From the IMG/VR virus record IMGVR_UViG_3300013308_000019, positions 31,274 to 95,273 of that record: a DNA stretch of 64,000 nucleotides. One strand, given 5' to 3'. The first letter of the stretch is position 1. Every line of letters starts with the position of its first letter. Shown here one piece after another: positions 54,500 through 64,000 of the stretch. Source of the DNA: a virus (lineage: Duplodnaviria > Caudoviricetes). The notes under the pieces were generated by a model that had not been told where the DNA came from, did no database searches, and saw only the letters and a list, made by a program, of their open reading frames with translations. The position numbers and the translations under genes are program-made.

Positions 54500-56158
54500 A
54501 TGCCCAATATTTTCCAAAGAGCTACTGTCGAGGAACCAAATGACAGAAGACAAGCTCTCCCCGCAAATACTCCGAGACCAATCACAGCATCTGCTGTTCG
54601 AATCAATCTCAAAGAAAAGAAAGAAGTCGAAGCTGTCGCCCTTAGGCGGCTAGTAGACAAGTGGCAGGAAGAGGCGTGGGATTACTACGACTACATTCCT
54701 GAGGTAGCATCCTCAGCAAACCTTGTTGCCAATGTTCTTTCCAGAATTAACCTTTACGTTGGCTTTGTCTCCGACACGTCACAGGCCCCTTCCGACATTT
54801 CTAAGGTCGAAGGACTGGACCCTGACCTCGTTGAAGCTTCCAAGGACATCCTGTACCTGCTTGAGTCAGGTAACGGAGGCACGTCCGGTGTACTTCGTGA
54901 CGCTGCGCTCAACTTCTTTATCGCTGGTGAGTGCTACCTTGTGCGCGAGCCTGCCCGTTTCTCCAACGGCATGCAGGAGAAGTACCAGATTCGGTCCATC
55001 AATGAGATCGTTACAGTCGAATACAACCGTAAGCTCACTGTGGCAATCAAGCCACGTCGAGATTCCAAGCCTGAGGACTTCATCAAGATTCCGGCCAACG
55101 GCGGATACTGCGCACGTATGTGGAAGTCTCACCCTCGGTATGGGGACGAAGCAGACTCATCGCTGCGTCCGTTGCTTGAAACCTGTGATTCCCTGCTTCT
55201 ACTTGAGCGTACCATAAACGCTCAGGCAAAGGCAATGCTTCCTGCCGGTATTTTGTTCATTCCGGATGGCCTATCTAATGGCTACCAGTCTGATGGGGAC
55301 CTAGAGCCAGAGTTTGACGAGAACGGCGACGAGATCGCCCCACTCTCCGATGACGAGTCTGAGTCCTTTGAAGAGGCCCTACAGCGTGCGCTCATGTCTC
55401 CTTTGACAGATGAAGCCAACGGTGGTAGTGTTGTACCGTTGATCCTTCGCGGCGCTCCTGAGCTAGGCGAAAAGATCAAGCACATCAACTTGTCCCGTCC
55501 GTTCGACCCGTCCCACAACAACATGGCTCAGGCTAAGCTTGACCGTATCCTCGGTGGTCTGGATATTCCGAAGGATGTTGCCGCTGGTTTCGCCAGTGTC
55601 AAGTACTCCAACGCTATCCTCATCGAAGAGCAGTTGTTCAAGGCGCACATCGAACCGCTGATCCTGTCCATCTCGGACATGCTGACCACAGCATTCCTGC
55701 GTCAGGCTCTGCGTGCACAGGACCGCTTTGACGAGAAGGACATCAACAAGGTTGTCGTATGGTATGATCCGTCTGCCATCACAGCCAAGCCTTCTCGCGC
55801 AGAGGCCGCTACCACCGGTTACGAAATCGGTGCAGTGTCTCTGGACGCATGGCGACGTGCAAACGGGTTCTCTTCTACAGATGCACCTACCGAGCTTGAG
55901 CGTCTACAGCGCTTCGGCATGGAGAAGGGTATGCTTAACGAGGCTACAACCGAAATGGTTATCAACTCTCTCATTCCAGAAGAAATGCAGCAGAAGCTCC
56001 GACAGAGCCAGCTTGCAAACTCCGATCCGGGTGCTGTGGAAGCACTCGGAAGCGCACTTGGAGATGAAGAAATGCAACCGGTGGAACCTTCACCAACACC
56101 AGCAGCGGATTCCCCTACTCCGGTAGAGGCTCCGCCTAACACACTATTGGAGCCATAG
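54500..56158 (+). CDS. portal protein
   Basis: 552 aa; WQEEAW.YY..IPE, GECYL, AGILFIP, LDIP motifs typical of actinophage portals; position at head of structural module. Confidence 0.78.
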   Translation: MPNIFQRATVEEPNDRRQALPANTPRPITASAVRINLKEKKEVEAVALRRLVDKWQEEAWDYYDYIPEVASSANLVANVLSRINLYVGFVSDTSQAPSDISKVEGLDPDLVEASKDILYLLESGNGGTSGVLRDAALNFFIAGECYLVREPARFSNGMQEKYQIRSINEIVTVEYNRKLTVAIKPRRDSKPEDFIKIPANGGYCARMWKSHPRYGDEADSSLRPLLETCDSLLLLERTINAQAKAMLPAGILFIPDGLSNGYQSDGDLEPEFDENGDEIAPLSDDESESFEEALQRALMSPLTDEANGGSVVPLILRGAPELGEKIKHINLSRPFDPSHNNMAQAKLDRILGGLDIPKDVAAGFASVKYSNAILIEEQLFKAHIEPLILSISDMLTTAFLRQALRAQDRFDEKDINKVVVWYDPSAITAKPSRAEAATTGYEIGAVSLDAWRRANGFSSTDAPTELERLQRFGMEKGMLNEATTEMVINSLIPEEMQQKLRQSQLANSDPGAVEALGSALGDEEMQPVEPSPTPAADSPTPVEAPPNTLLEP

Positions 56159-56199
56159 GATTGATGGGAAATATTAAAACAGAAACAAAGGAGTCCTAG

Positions 56200-59100
56200 A
56201 TGGCTTGGGGTAAGAATCAAAACTGGAAGTGGCAGCTTCGCGACAGCAAGGGCCGCTGGATTGAGATGGGCCGTGGAGTAAAATGGTACTCCCCGTCATT
56301 GGGCCGCGAGGTCTCCGGAACGGTGGTCGGGCAGAAGGGTAAGAACGCAATTGTCAATCTTACCTCCGAGCCTGCCAACGCGAAAACCGGTAAGCCACAG
56401 CAGGTATCCGTTAAGGGTAGTGACATTGAGGTCATTGCTAACAAGGCTACCCTGAACCCGACAGCCGATAAGGCCATTAGTGCCACCGATGCGATGCTGA
56501 AGCAGGGCCAGCGCACCGCTGGTCCTAAGGCCACGGTGCCTGTTGTGAACAAGGTGGAAGCTCCTGCTGCCAAGAAGTACAACGACGCAGGCCTTACTCC
56601 TGACGAGCAGAAGGCTGTTGACTTCCAAGAGAAGAAGGCTAAGCAGGCCGCAGACAAGGGAGACCTTGACGCAGCAGAGCGCTATGAAGCTGCCGCTGCC
56701 AAGACCCGTAAGATCGGTGAAGAGCGAATCAAGAACGGCGAAGGCGACACTCCTGCTGAGGATACACCTGACGCTGAGGCACCACAGGCACCTGCCAAGT
56801 CCTCCACTAAGGCACCTACACGTAACGCTGATATCGAGCGCGATCTGGGTCTTCTGGAGCAGGAAGCCGAAGACATCAACAACCTTACGGATGAAGATGA
56901 GAAGGCGTCTGCCCTTGAAGCAGCACAGTACGACCTAGTCAACGACGCTGGTGACGATGTCACCATGCGCCTAGCCGAGGGGTCTGATGAAGGCAGCTAC
57001 GATGTGGCTGTTGAGGACGCAAGCGGCAAGGAACTGGGTCGCGTACCTATGTCGGAGAGCGCTGGCGAGCGTGTCGATACGGCTAAGGCTGTTCGTGAGC
57101 TTGCCAATGGGCGTACCCCTGCCAAGGCCAGCATCAACAACGAACCCGCAGATGAGCCTGCAAAGGCTCCGGAAGCGGAGGCACCGAAAGCTCCCGAGGC
57201 CAACGTGTCGCTGGACGCCCTTGAGAAGCAGGCCAAGGCGGACGGGGACACTGTCCTCTACCACGGCGGTCTGCCTGAGGGTACGACCCTCGATGGCATC
57301 GACCTCAACCGCAACGGAACCCAGCAGAACAAGCGTGGGAACTCCTTCGGAGGCTTCTACCTCACTGACGAGTCCTCCAAGGGCTGGTCTGAGAAGTACG
57401 CCAAGGAGCGTAACGGCGTCATGCATGGCTTCGCCATCGACAAGAACGCCCGAATCGATGACCGTGGAAGCGCACAGATCGACCGCCTCTCCGCAGAGGA
57501 CCGTGCCAAAGCTGCCGAGACCTCCGATATCATCAAGGGTAAAGACCTTCTCGGGCGTACCCAGTATGTCATCCTCAACAAGGATGTCGTCAATGGTGTT
57601 GGTGAAACCAACATCAAGGAGGACAAGGCTCCCGAGGTAACCCCTGAAGCCCCTAAGGCGGCACCAGAGGCTCCCGAGGCGGCTCCTGAGGCCTCAGCAC
57701 TGCCTGAGTTTGAAGCGGGCACCTACGATCTGCCGTGGAATTCGTTCAAGACGGCTGATAAGATCAAGAAGGGTGACCGTGTCCTTACGCAGGAACACCC
57801 AAACAAGCCGGGTTCAGGCGAACAGGTCCCTGTTCACCCTACGGACACTCTTGTTGCTAAGGGTACAACTGCCAAGCTTTCCGGTAAGACCGCTGAGGTC
57901 GTCGGCGTCCAGCCCATCATGGGCCAGAACAAGACATCCATGGGCAAGGTCGTCGGTAACAAGGTGGACCTGAAGCACGCTGACGGTACTGTGTCCAGCC
58001 ATGAGCTTTACGCCAACCGTGGAGGCAACAACTCCAAGGGCGGCGTCATCATGGATGACCAGAACTTCCGCGACTCCATTGCCAAGCAGGAGAACGGGGA
58101 TAGCACCCCGCAGGCAGAAGCCACACCAGCCCCTCAGAACGCCCCGGAACAGGCCCCAGCACCTGAGGCCCCTAAGCCTGCCGCTGTAGCCCCAGAGGAT
58201 GCTCTGAAGGCCGCAGGAGTGGAACGTACCGAACCTGTCACCCTTCCGGGTGAGAAGTTCCCGCCCACCCGTCAGCAGCAGGACATTATCGATGCCGTGC
58301 TGGCCGGTAAGAACACCGCCGTACAGGCTAAGGCCGGTACCGGTAAGACCACCACACTCGAAGCTCTGGCTAAGCGTGTAGGTCTTCAGGACCCGAACAA
58401 GAAGATTGCCTACATCGCGTTCAACAAGACTGTCCAGCTTGAGGCCGAAGGCCGCATGCCGGGTAACGTTGAGGCGCGTACTGGTCACTCCATTGCGTTC
58501 AACTGGGCGTCCAAGGCAATGCAGGACCGCTCCAACGATCCTAGCCCTGTCCGTAGAGCAGATGAAATTGCAGCCTACCTTGGGATCAAGGAGACTGTCC
58601 GTACCAATGGTGAAAGCCCTCTTTCGCCTAAGGAACAGGCAATGGCTGCTACCCGTACCGTGGACACCTACTCTAACAGTGCGGATGACACGATTCAGGC
58701 GTCACACCTGCCGCAGAACGTACAGGACCTTGGTCCAGAAGCTCAGAAGGCAGTACTTGACGCAGCCAACAAAATCTGGGAGGATGTACAGAAGCCGCAA
58801 GGCGGAATGAAGTTCACCCTTGACCACATGCGCAAGCTGTGGGCACTGTCCCGCCCTGACTTCTCCAAGCCGGGTTCTGGCCTGAAGCGTCCTTCACAAC
58901 TTATCTTCATGGATGAGTCTCAGGATACCCCTCCTGTTCTTGCCCGCGTTATGGATGAGCAGACTGTCCAGAAGGTTGTTGTTGGTGACTCGGACCAGAA
59001 CATCTACTCATCCTTCACCGGCTCCATCGACTACATGTCGCAGACTCAGAAGGATGTCGAGCTTCCACTAACCAAGTCATGGCGATTTGGACCTGAAGTT

Positions 59101-62100
59101 GCGGATGTCGGCAACCGATTCCTTCAGCTTGTAGGTTCTGAGGGCCGCGTCGAAGGTGGTGGCAAGTCTGCCATCGTTCAGGACATGCAGGATGCAGATG
59201 CCATCCTCGTCCGCTCCAACGGCGGCATGATCGAAGAGGCCTTCAACGAAATGGAGAAGGGCCGTACAGTTGGTGTGCCTAAGGGTACGAAGGCTGACCT
59301 GAAGTCCATGGTCAATTCTGCTGCTTTCCTCATGGGTAAGGGCGATGCTCCGACACGTATGCACGACGACCTCGCTGCGTACCGTAACTGGGACGAGGTC
59401 ATCGCTGAAGCCGAGAAGGGTGACGCGACTGCGAAGAAAATTTCCGGTCTTGTTGCTCGAAACGGTATCGGCGGTCTGCGCTCTATCATCAACGATCTTG
59501 TTGAGACCGGTGGAGAGGCCATGGTCGGTGTTACCTACAATGACATGCCCCATGGTAGGGTTGCTGAAGGTAAGACATTTGAGAATTGGAAGCACCTCCA
59601 GCAGGCAGGCTTCAAGCTTCTCCCTATTCCGGGCGCTCCGCCTATGAAGTCGGGCAAGAACAAGGGCCAGCCGCGTAAGGGTTGGACTGCCGTTGGTACT
59701 CCTGAGCAGCGTGACGAGATGGTTAAGCTCGCTAACAGTGTTGCCGATGGTTCTGCTGTTGACGTTACCATTGCGACAGCCCACAAGTCCAAGGGACTTG
59801 AGTGGGACAAGGTCAAGATTGGTAGCGACTTCCGTGGCCCGTCTGTTAATGAGGCTACCGGCGAAACAGAGATGCCGAATCCGGAAGAACTCCGACTTGC
59901 ATATGTGGCTACCACACGTGCGAAGAAGGAACTCGACCCCGGTTCTCTTGGCTACGTCTTCGAGTACACTGACGAAAACGGTGGTATCCCAGAGAAGAAA
60001 GCTGCTGACACCGAAGAGGTAAACAACGATCCTGAAGAGGATCGCGGTACACCTACTTCTACTGTAGCAGACGAAGAGAACTCTGACACTACCACCGATG
60101 AAGATCAGCCTACCGAAGAGCCTGCCGATGTTCCGGAAGAGGCACCTGCACCACAGGAAGCTGACCCTACCGATGGTAGCCAGCCTTCCGACTGGGAAGA
60201 TGCGGCTCCGCAGGACAGCCCGCAGGATGCTCCAGCACCGGAACAGGTACCGACCCCTGAGCAAGCACCACAGGACCAGCCTGCTGATCCTACGGCTCCG
60301 GAACCTGCACCGGCTCCAGAAGAGGCCCCTACGGCCCCTGAGGCACCTCAGGACGCTCCAGCACCTGAGGCACCTACCTCAGAGCCACAGGACGTCCCTG
60401 AAGGCTCTAAGGAGACTACAGACGGTACTCCGGTAGCTAACGAGGAAACTGTCCCAGAGGCAGATCGTGAGCCTGACCCAGAACCGCAGGATACTGTGCC
60501 TGACCCGGAAGCTGTGCCAGCACCGCAGGAGCTACCAAAGAAAGAAGCTCCTAAGCCAGAAGCAGCACCGGCACCTGAGGAAGAGGTGGCTCCTGCCCCT
60601 GAAGAAGCCCCTAAGGGTGGAACAGCGGCTCGACAGCCAGACTCTAAGCCTCTACACCCTGTAAAGGCGAAGGCAGCGAACTACCCTGACGGTACAATCA
60701 TTCGAGACACCCAAACAGGTGAAGCGATTGAGAAGACTAACGGTAATTGGCACGTAGCGGGTAAGCCAGATACAGCGGCTGATCCTAACGACATTGCCAG
60801 CCCGTACGTGTACGATATGCCTAAGCAGGCTGACGATTCCTTCGCTCCATTTGAAGGTATTGACTCTGTCGGACCCGGTGATATACTTGTTACCCGTAAG
60901 GGCACACAGGTTGCGGTCGTTGGTAAGCGTGACGGCAAGCTCGTAGTGGCTCCACACAACCAGACTCCGGAATGGCGCAAGTCCCGTCCGTCGCTGGCTA
61001 CTATCCCTGCTGAAACAGTCAAGGGTGTCAACAAGTTTGACGCTGCTCCTGCTTCTTCCGGAGGCCAGTCTACTGGCGGTGGCGCTCCTGCCGAACGTAA
61101 GCGTACACCGTTCTCATCCAACCGTGGTAACAGCAATGTCACCATCACAGATGTGGGCGGAAACGTCATCAAGGTTGGCGACACTGTCCGTACCGATATG
61201 GGTACGGGTAAGATTGTCCGTGTTCGTCCTTCTGACGGTCCTAGCGGTTCTGCATTCGTGGAGTTCCCAGACGGTACCATCAAGAGCTTCCGTTCGAACA
61301 AGATGCGAAACACTGCACACGCTGAGCCGCAGGCCACTGGTGGAGATGATCCATCCAAGATGGAGATCGGTACCATGGGCGAGGCTGGAGACGGTCGAGC
61401 ATTCATGGTCGGTAAGGGTAACAAGCCTATCTTCAAGGGAGACGTAGTCGAACTTGCAGATGGTACCACAGGTAAGATTTCTGGTTTTGCGAAGGGCGTT
61501 CAGTCTGTCAACATCCGTGTTGAGGGGCGTGCGAGCGACCTGCGTAAGAAGGCATCTGTTGTGGACGTTCCGGGCTATACTGCTCCGGACTCCGCTCCAC
61601 AGGATACCACGCCTGAGGCACCGGCACCAGAGGCTACTCCGGAACCCTCTGCACCGGAGGCACCTGCTACTCCTGAAGAACCGGCCACACCTGAGGAACC
61701 GACGCCTGCCGTGATCAACGACCCTGAGGAATCCCCTGAGGATCGCAAACAGCGTATCGCCTCGGACATCTCTAGGGCCAAGGACCCAGCGTTCCTGACC
61801 AATTGGTGGGACACCGTCATGAAGGATGACCTGAACGAGCCTGACATCTACGAAATCTCCCCGGAAATGCAGTGGAAGATGGAAGAGATGTTCGCAGGAA
61901 ACTTCTCTCGTGACGAGAGCGCCCTTCAGGCGGCTCGTGGTTGGGCAATCGCCGCTTGGGCAGCTTCTAAGGATGACAGCCGTACCCCTGAACAGCAGGC
62001 TAAGATGAAGGACCTTCAGGCCCGAATCACTCAGTTTGTTCAGACACAGCAGAAGGCTATGGAAGATGCCGCAGCCGAGCAGGCCCGTCAGGGCAGGTCG

Positions 62101-63282
62101 GTAGTCCGTAAACCTGACCGCCAGACTCCGGATGAGAATATGTCACTGAAGAGTGACCGCGCTCTCAAGCCTCAGCCTGCACTCAAGGGTGCAGAACTGG
62201 AAGCCTACTCCGGTATCGAAGCAGGTAACTGGTCTGGTGATCTGTTCGGTGCCAAGTCTATCTTGAATGTCAATTCAGAGGCTGGCAAGGCGCTGGGCAA
62301 CACCCACGTCGTAAAGAACAGCAATGGTAACACCTTCAGGGAGGGTACTAAGGTTTACGACAAGACTGGTAAGTACATTGGTGTTGTGGTAGGTCTCCGT
62401 CGAGGCAATGGTGGTCAGTACGGTGTCAATGTCCGAAAGGGTGATGCTGATCCTCGCCGTATGATGACGGGTGGAAACGAGCAGGTTTACAACGTCGAGA
62501 GGCTCATTAGTGAACCTGCTCCGAGGGAATGGGGAAATCAACCTGATCTGACGTTCGGTGACTATGACACATACAGCGACATTAGCAACAAGATGGCTAA
62601 GGCTTATCCGGGAGTCCACTTCAATTTCCGTGACGATATCCCGATCCGTCGAGCCAAAGAGTACGCAGAAACTGTCTCTAAGATGTTGAACAAGTACCCT
62701 CAGCTTAGCGCAACACTGACCAGTGTTGAGTCTTCGCCTATCGCTCCGGGTATCCAAGCCTTCGCTTACGCGGCAACCACTAACCATCCGGGTCTTCGTG
62801 ACACTAAGGTTGTTTTCAACGCCGAGGTAGGTAGCCGTATCAAGGGCCTCATGCAGAGAGGGAACGCGGACAAGTACTTCAACAACGTCCCGGAAGGCAG
62901 GGAGATGGAATACGTGATGACTCACGAATTCGGTCACGCCCTTGACTACATGACGGGCAACATCTCTGATAACGAAGTGTACGAGTTGATGAAGGAAATC
63001 GTTCCTCCTGAGGTACTGGGGGACAGGACGAAGCTTGGCAAGTACCTCTTCACCAACGGTATGGTCTCAGAGTACAGCACGGAGGGTAACACAGTCAACA
63101 CTGTTGAACTGGTTGCAGAGTCCTTCGCGGACGTTGAGCTAAACGGTGCGGACGCTAAGCCAATCTCCAAGCTTGTCCACGCGGAACTTATGAAGCGTAT
63201 CGATGAGATGAGCGGCGGGTCCGGGGTAATTCCGGGCTACAGCCCGACTCAAGCCCCAGAAGCGGTACCAGCCGCAGTATAG
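56200..63282 (+). CDS. 2360-aa polyvalent virion-associated protein: ART-like + UvrD/SF1 helicase + SH3-like repeats + HExxH metallopeptidase
   Basis: N-term QLRDSKGRW; YHGG..GFYLT..YA (~57250-57580); AGTGKTT, DESQD, VGD.DQNIY, L.KSWRF, TAHKSKGLEW, YVA.TRAK (~58260-59935); HEFGH 62923-62937, ELVAESF. Confidence 0.85.
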   Translation: MAWGKNQNWKWQLRDSKGRWIEMGRGVKWYSPSLGREVSGTVVGQKGKNAIVNLTSEPANAKTGKPQQVSVKGSDIEVIANKATLNPTADKAISATDAMLKQGQRTAGPKATVPVVNKVEAPAAKKYNDAGLTPDEQKAVDFQEKKAKQAADKGDLDAAERYEAAAAKTRKIGEERIKNGEGDTPAEDTPDAEAPQAPAKSSTKAPTRNADIERDLGLLEQEAEDINNLTDEDEKASALEAAQYDLVNDAGDDVTMRLAEGSDEGSYDVAVEDASGKELGRVPMSESAGERVDTAKAVRELANGRTPAKASINNEPADEPAKAPEAEAPKAPEANVSLDALEKQAKADGDTVLYHGGLPEGTTLDGIDLNRNGTQQNKRGNSFGGFYLTDESSKGWSEKYAKERNGVMHGFAIDKNARIDDRGSAQIDRLSAEDRAKAAETSDIIKGKDLLGRTQYVILNKDVVNGVGETNIKEDKAPEVTPEAPKAAPEAPEAAPEASALPEFEAGTYDLPWNSFKTADKIKKGDRVLTQEHPNKPGSGEQVPVHPTDTLVAKGTTAKLSGKTAEVVGVQPIMGQNKTSMGKVVGNKVDLKHADGTVSSHELYANRGGNNSKGGVIMDDQNFRDSIAKQENGDSTPQAEATPAPQNAPEQAPAPEAPKPAAVAPEDALKAAGVERTEPVTLPGEKFPPTRQQQDIIDAVLAGKNTAVQAKAGTGKTTTLEALAKRVGLQDPNKKIAYIAFNKTVQLEAEGRMPGNVEARTGHSIAFNWASKAMQDRSNDPSPVRRADEIAAYLGIKETVRTNGESPLSPKEQAMAATRTVDTYSNSADDTIQASHLPQNVQDLGPEAQKAVLDAANKIWEDVQKPQGGMKFTLDHMRKLWALSRPDFSKPGSGLKRPSQLIFMDESQDTPPVLARVMDEQTVQKVVVGDSDQNIYSSFTGSIDYMSQTQKDVELPLTKSWRFGPEVADVGNRFLQLVGSEGRVEGGGKSAIVQDMQDADAILVRSNGGMIEEAFNEMEKGRTVGVPKGTKADLKSMVNSAAFLMGKGDAPTRMHDDLAAYRNWDEVIAEAEKGDATAKKISGLVARNGIGGLRSIINDLVETGGEAMVGVTYNDMPHGRVAEGKTFENWKHLQQAGFKLLPIPGAPPMKSGKNKGQPRKGWTAVGTPEQRDEMVKLANSVADGSAVDVTIATAHKSKGLEWDKVKIGSDFRGPSVNEATGETEMPNPEELRLAYVATTRAKKELDPGSLGYVFEYTDENGGIPEKKAADTEEVNNDPEEDRGTPTSTVADEENSDTTTDEDQPTEEPADVPEEAPAPQEADPTDGSQPSDWEDAAPQDSPQDAPAPEQVPTPEQAPQDQPADPTAPEPAPAPEEAPTAPEAPQDAPAPEAPTSEPQDVPEGSKETTDGTPVANEETVPEADREPDPEPQDTVPDPEAVPAPQELPKKEAPKPEAAPAPEEEVAPAPEEAPKGGTAARQPDSKPLHPVKAKAANYPDGTIIRDTQTGEAIEKTNGNWHVAGKPDTAADPNDIASPYVYDMPKQADDSFAPFEGIDSVGPGDILVTRKGTQVAVVGKRDGKLVVAPHNQTPEWRKSRPSLATIPAETVKGVNKFDAAPASSGGQSTGGGAPAERKRTPFSSNRGNSNVTITDVGGNVIKVGDTVRTDMGTGKIVRVRPSDGPSGSAFVEFPDGTIKSFRSNKMRNTAHAEPQATGGDDPSKMEIGTMGEAGDGRAFMVGKGNKPIFKGDVVELADGTTGKISGFAKGVQSVNIRVEGRASDLRKKASVVDVPGYTAPDSAPQDTTPEAPAPEATPEPSAPEAPATPEEPATPEEPTPAVINDPEESPEDRKQRIASDISRAKDPAFLTNWWDTVMKDDLNEPDIYEISPEMQWKMEEMFAGNFSRDESALQAARGWAIAAWAASKDDSRTPEQQAKMKDLQARITQFVQTQQKAMEDAAAEQARQGRSVVRKPDRQTPDENMSLKSDRALKPQPALKGAELEAYSGIEAGNWSGDLFGAKSILNVNSEAGKALGNTHVVKNSNGNTFREGTKVYDKTGKYIGVVVGLRRGNGGQYGVNVRKGDADPRRMMTGGNEQVYNVERLISEPAPREWGNQPDLTFGDYDTYSDISNKMAKAYPGVHFNFRDDIPIRRAKEYAETVSKMLNKYPQLSATLTSVESSPIAPGIQAFAYAATTNHPGLRDTKVVFNAEVGSRIKGLMQRGNADKYFNNVPEGREMEYVMTHEFGHALDYMTGNISDNEVYELMKEIVPPEVLGDRTKLGKYLFTNGMVSEYSTEGNTVNTVELVAESFADVELNGADAKPISKLVHAELMKRIDEMSGGSGVIPGYSPTQAPEAVPAAV

Positions 63283-63355
63283 CTTGACAAAATAGTAGTG
63301 GGGCGGTAGAGTGAATCTATCGTCCCACTACTACCAACACTTTAGAAAGGCAAAA

Positions 63356-63895
63356 ATGCTACTACCTGATACAACATGGGGCACTCTCCGTACCATTTTC
63401 TTGGCCGACGCGCAGAATGGTACCATTACATCTGACAACCTGATGCTACAGAAGCCGGAAATGTACGACGAGTCCTTCAACCATGAGGATGATGAATACG
63501 TATGGCCGGATCGAGCCGAGAAATTCCTTGCGGGGGGCGAAATCCCAGACGATGTCGATGCCGGGGAGCTTGACGAGTCCCCTGAGGCTATCACAGCCGC
63601 TGGAGAGCCACAGGAGGACCCTGAGGCCGAGGCTGAATGGGAGCCACCTTCCCCGCTGTACTTCACTGTAGCAGAAGACGGAACTGTCCTCGAACTGGTG
63701 AAGATGGAGGACGATGGACTCTTCATCCGTATCGAGTCGAAGTGGGTTGACATCTCCGATGAGGAAGAGTTCCCTACAGTCTACGAGCAGGACATGCACT
63801 TCGCAAATGACGAGTCGGTGGGGGCATGGGACGCCGAGCTTGAAGATAATGACAACCTGAAACTCGAAGACATCCAAGACTATCTAATCAAATAG
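63356..63895 (+). CDS. acidic hypothetical protein
   Basis: AAAGG RBS; TTGACA promoter after giant gene. Confidence 0.7.
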   Translation: MLLPDTTWGTLRTIFLADAQNGTITSDNLMLQKPEMYDESFNHEDDEYVWPDRAEKFLAGGEIPDDVDAGELDESPEAITAAGEPQEDPEAEAEWEPPSPLYFTVAEDGTVLELVKMEDDGLFIRIESKWVDISDEEEFPTVYEQDMHFANDESVGAWDAELEDNDNLKLEDIQDYLIK

Positions 63896-64000
63896 CGGTT
63901 AACACGGAAGACCAGCCACCATGGTACAATAGTACAAACACACTAACTTTGTACTTATCCTGTGGCTGGTCTTCTCTGTGTCGCCACCAATACGGAAAAA

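Noticed and set aside
59077-60264. 395-aa minus-strand ORF and other ORFs nested in the giant gene
   Set aside because: Shadows of the 2360-aa reading frame; no RBS or motifs.
56200-63282. Intein or intron inflating the giant ORF
   Set aside because: No Hint splice motifs or LAGLIDADG blocks recognised; length is explained by domains and Pro/Ala/Glu linkers.

Overview
This window is a 64-kb segment of a large, gene-dense tailed phage genome. It is most likely a lytic actinobacteriophage (inferred from codon usage, leaderless starts, the DUF1360-portal gene order and gene content); no integrase, cas genes, rRNA or canonical tRNA are visible. Zone 1 (~4-30 kb) is an array of small, mostly single-gene expression units. 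About 58 copies of a directional 13-bp box (YTACAAnAnnCGC) punctuate it, usually right after a stop codon and 11-14 bp upstream of a sigma-A type promoter. The -35 hexamer of that promoter often sits in the loop of a sequence-variable but covarying hairpin. Boxes point rightward up to ~24.5 kb and leftward from ~25.1 kb, and end in a cluster at 29.7-29.8 kb. Several units appear to express small structured RNAs rather than proteins: two multi-copy families and one RNA ending in a type I-E CRISPR-repeat-like hairpin. Zone 2 (~30-47 kb) holds mostly leftward small genes, including Thg1, a stand-alone DGQHR protein and expanded paralog families. Zone 3 (~47-64 kb) encodes a macrodomain, holin-like membrane proteins, a SLOG + Prs-like + NAMPT-like NAD module (NARP1-like), a double-HTH protein, portal and a 2360-aa polyvalent protein (ART-like + UvrD-like helicase + HExxH peptidase). 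All calls come from motif reading by eye; no searches were run.
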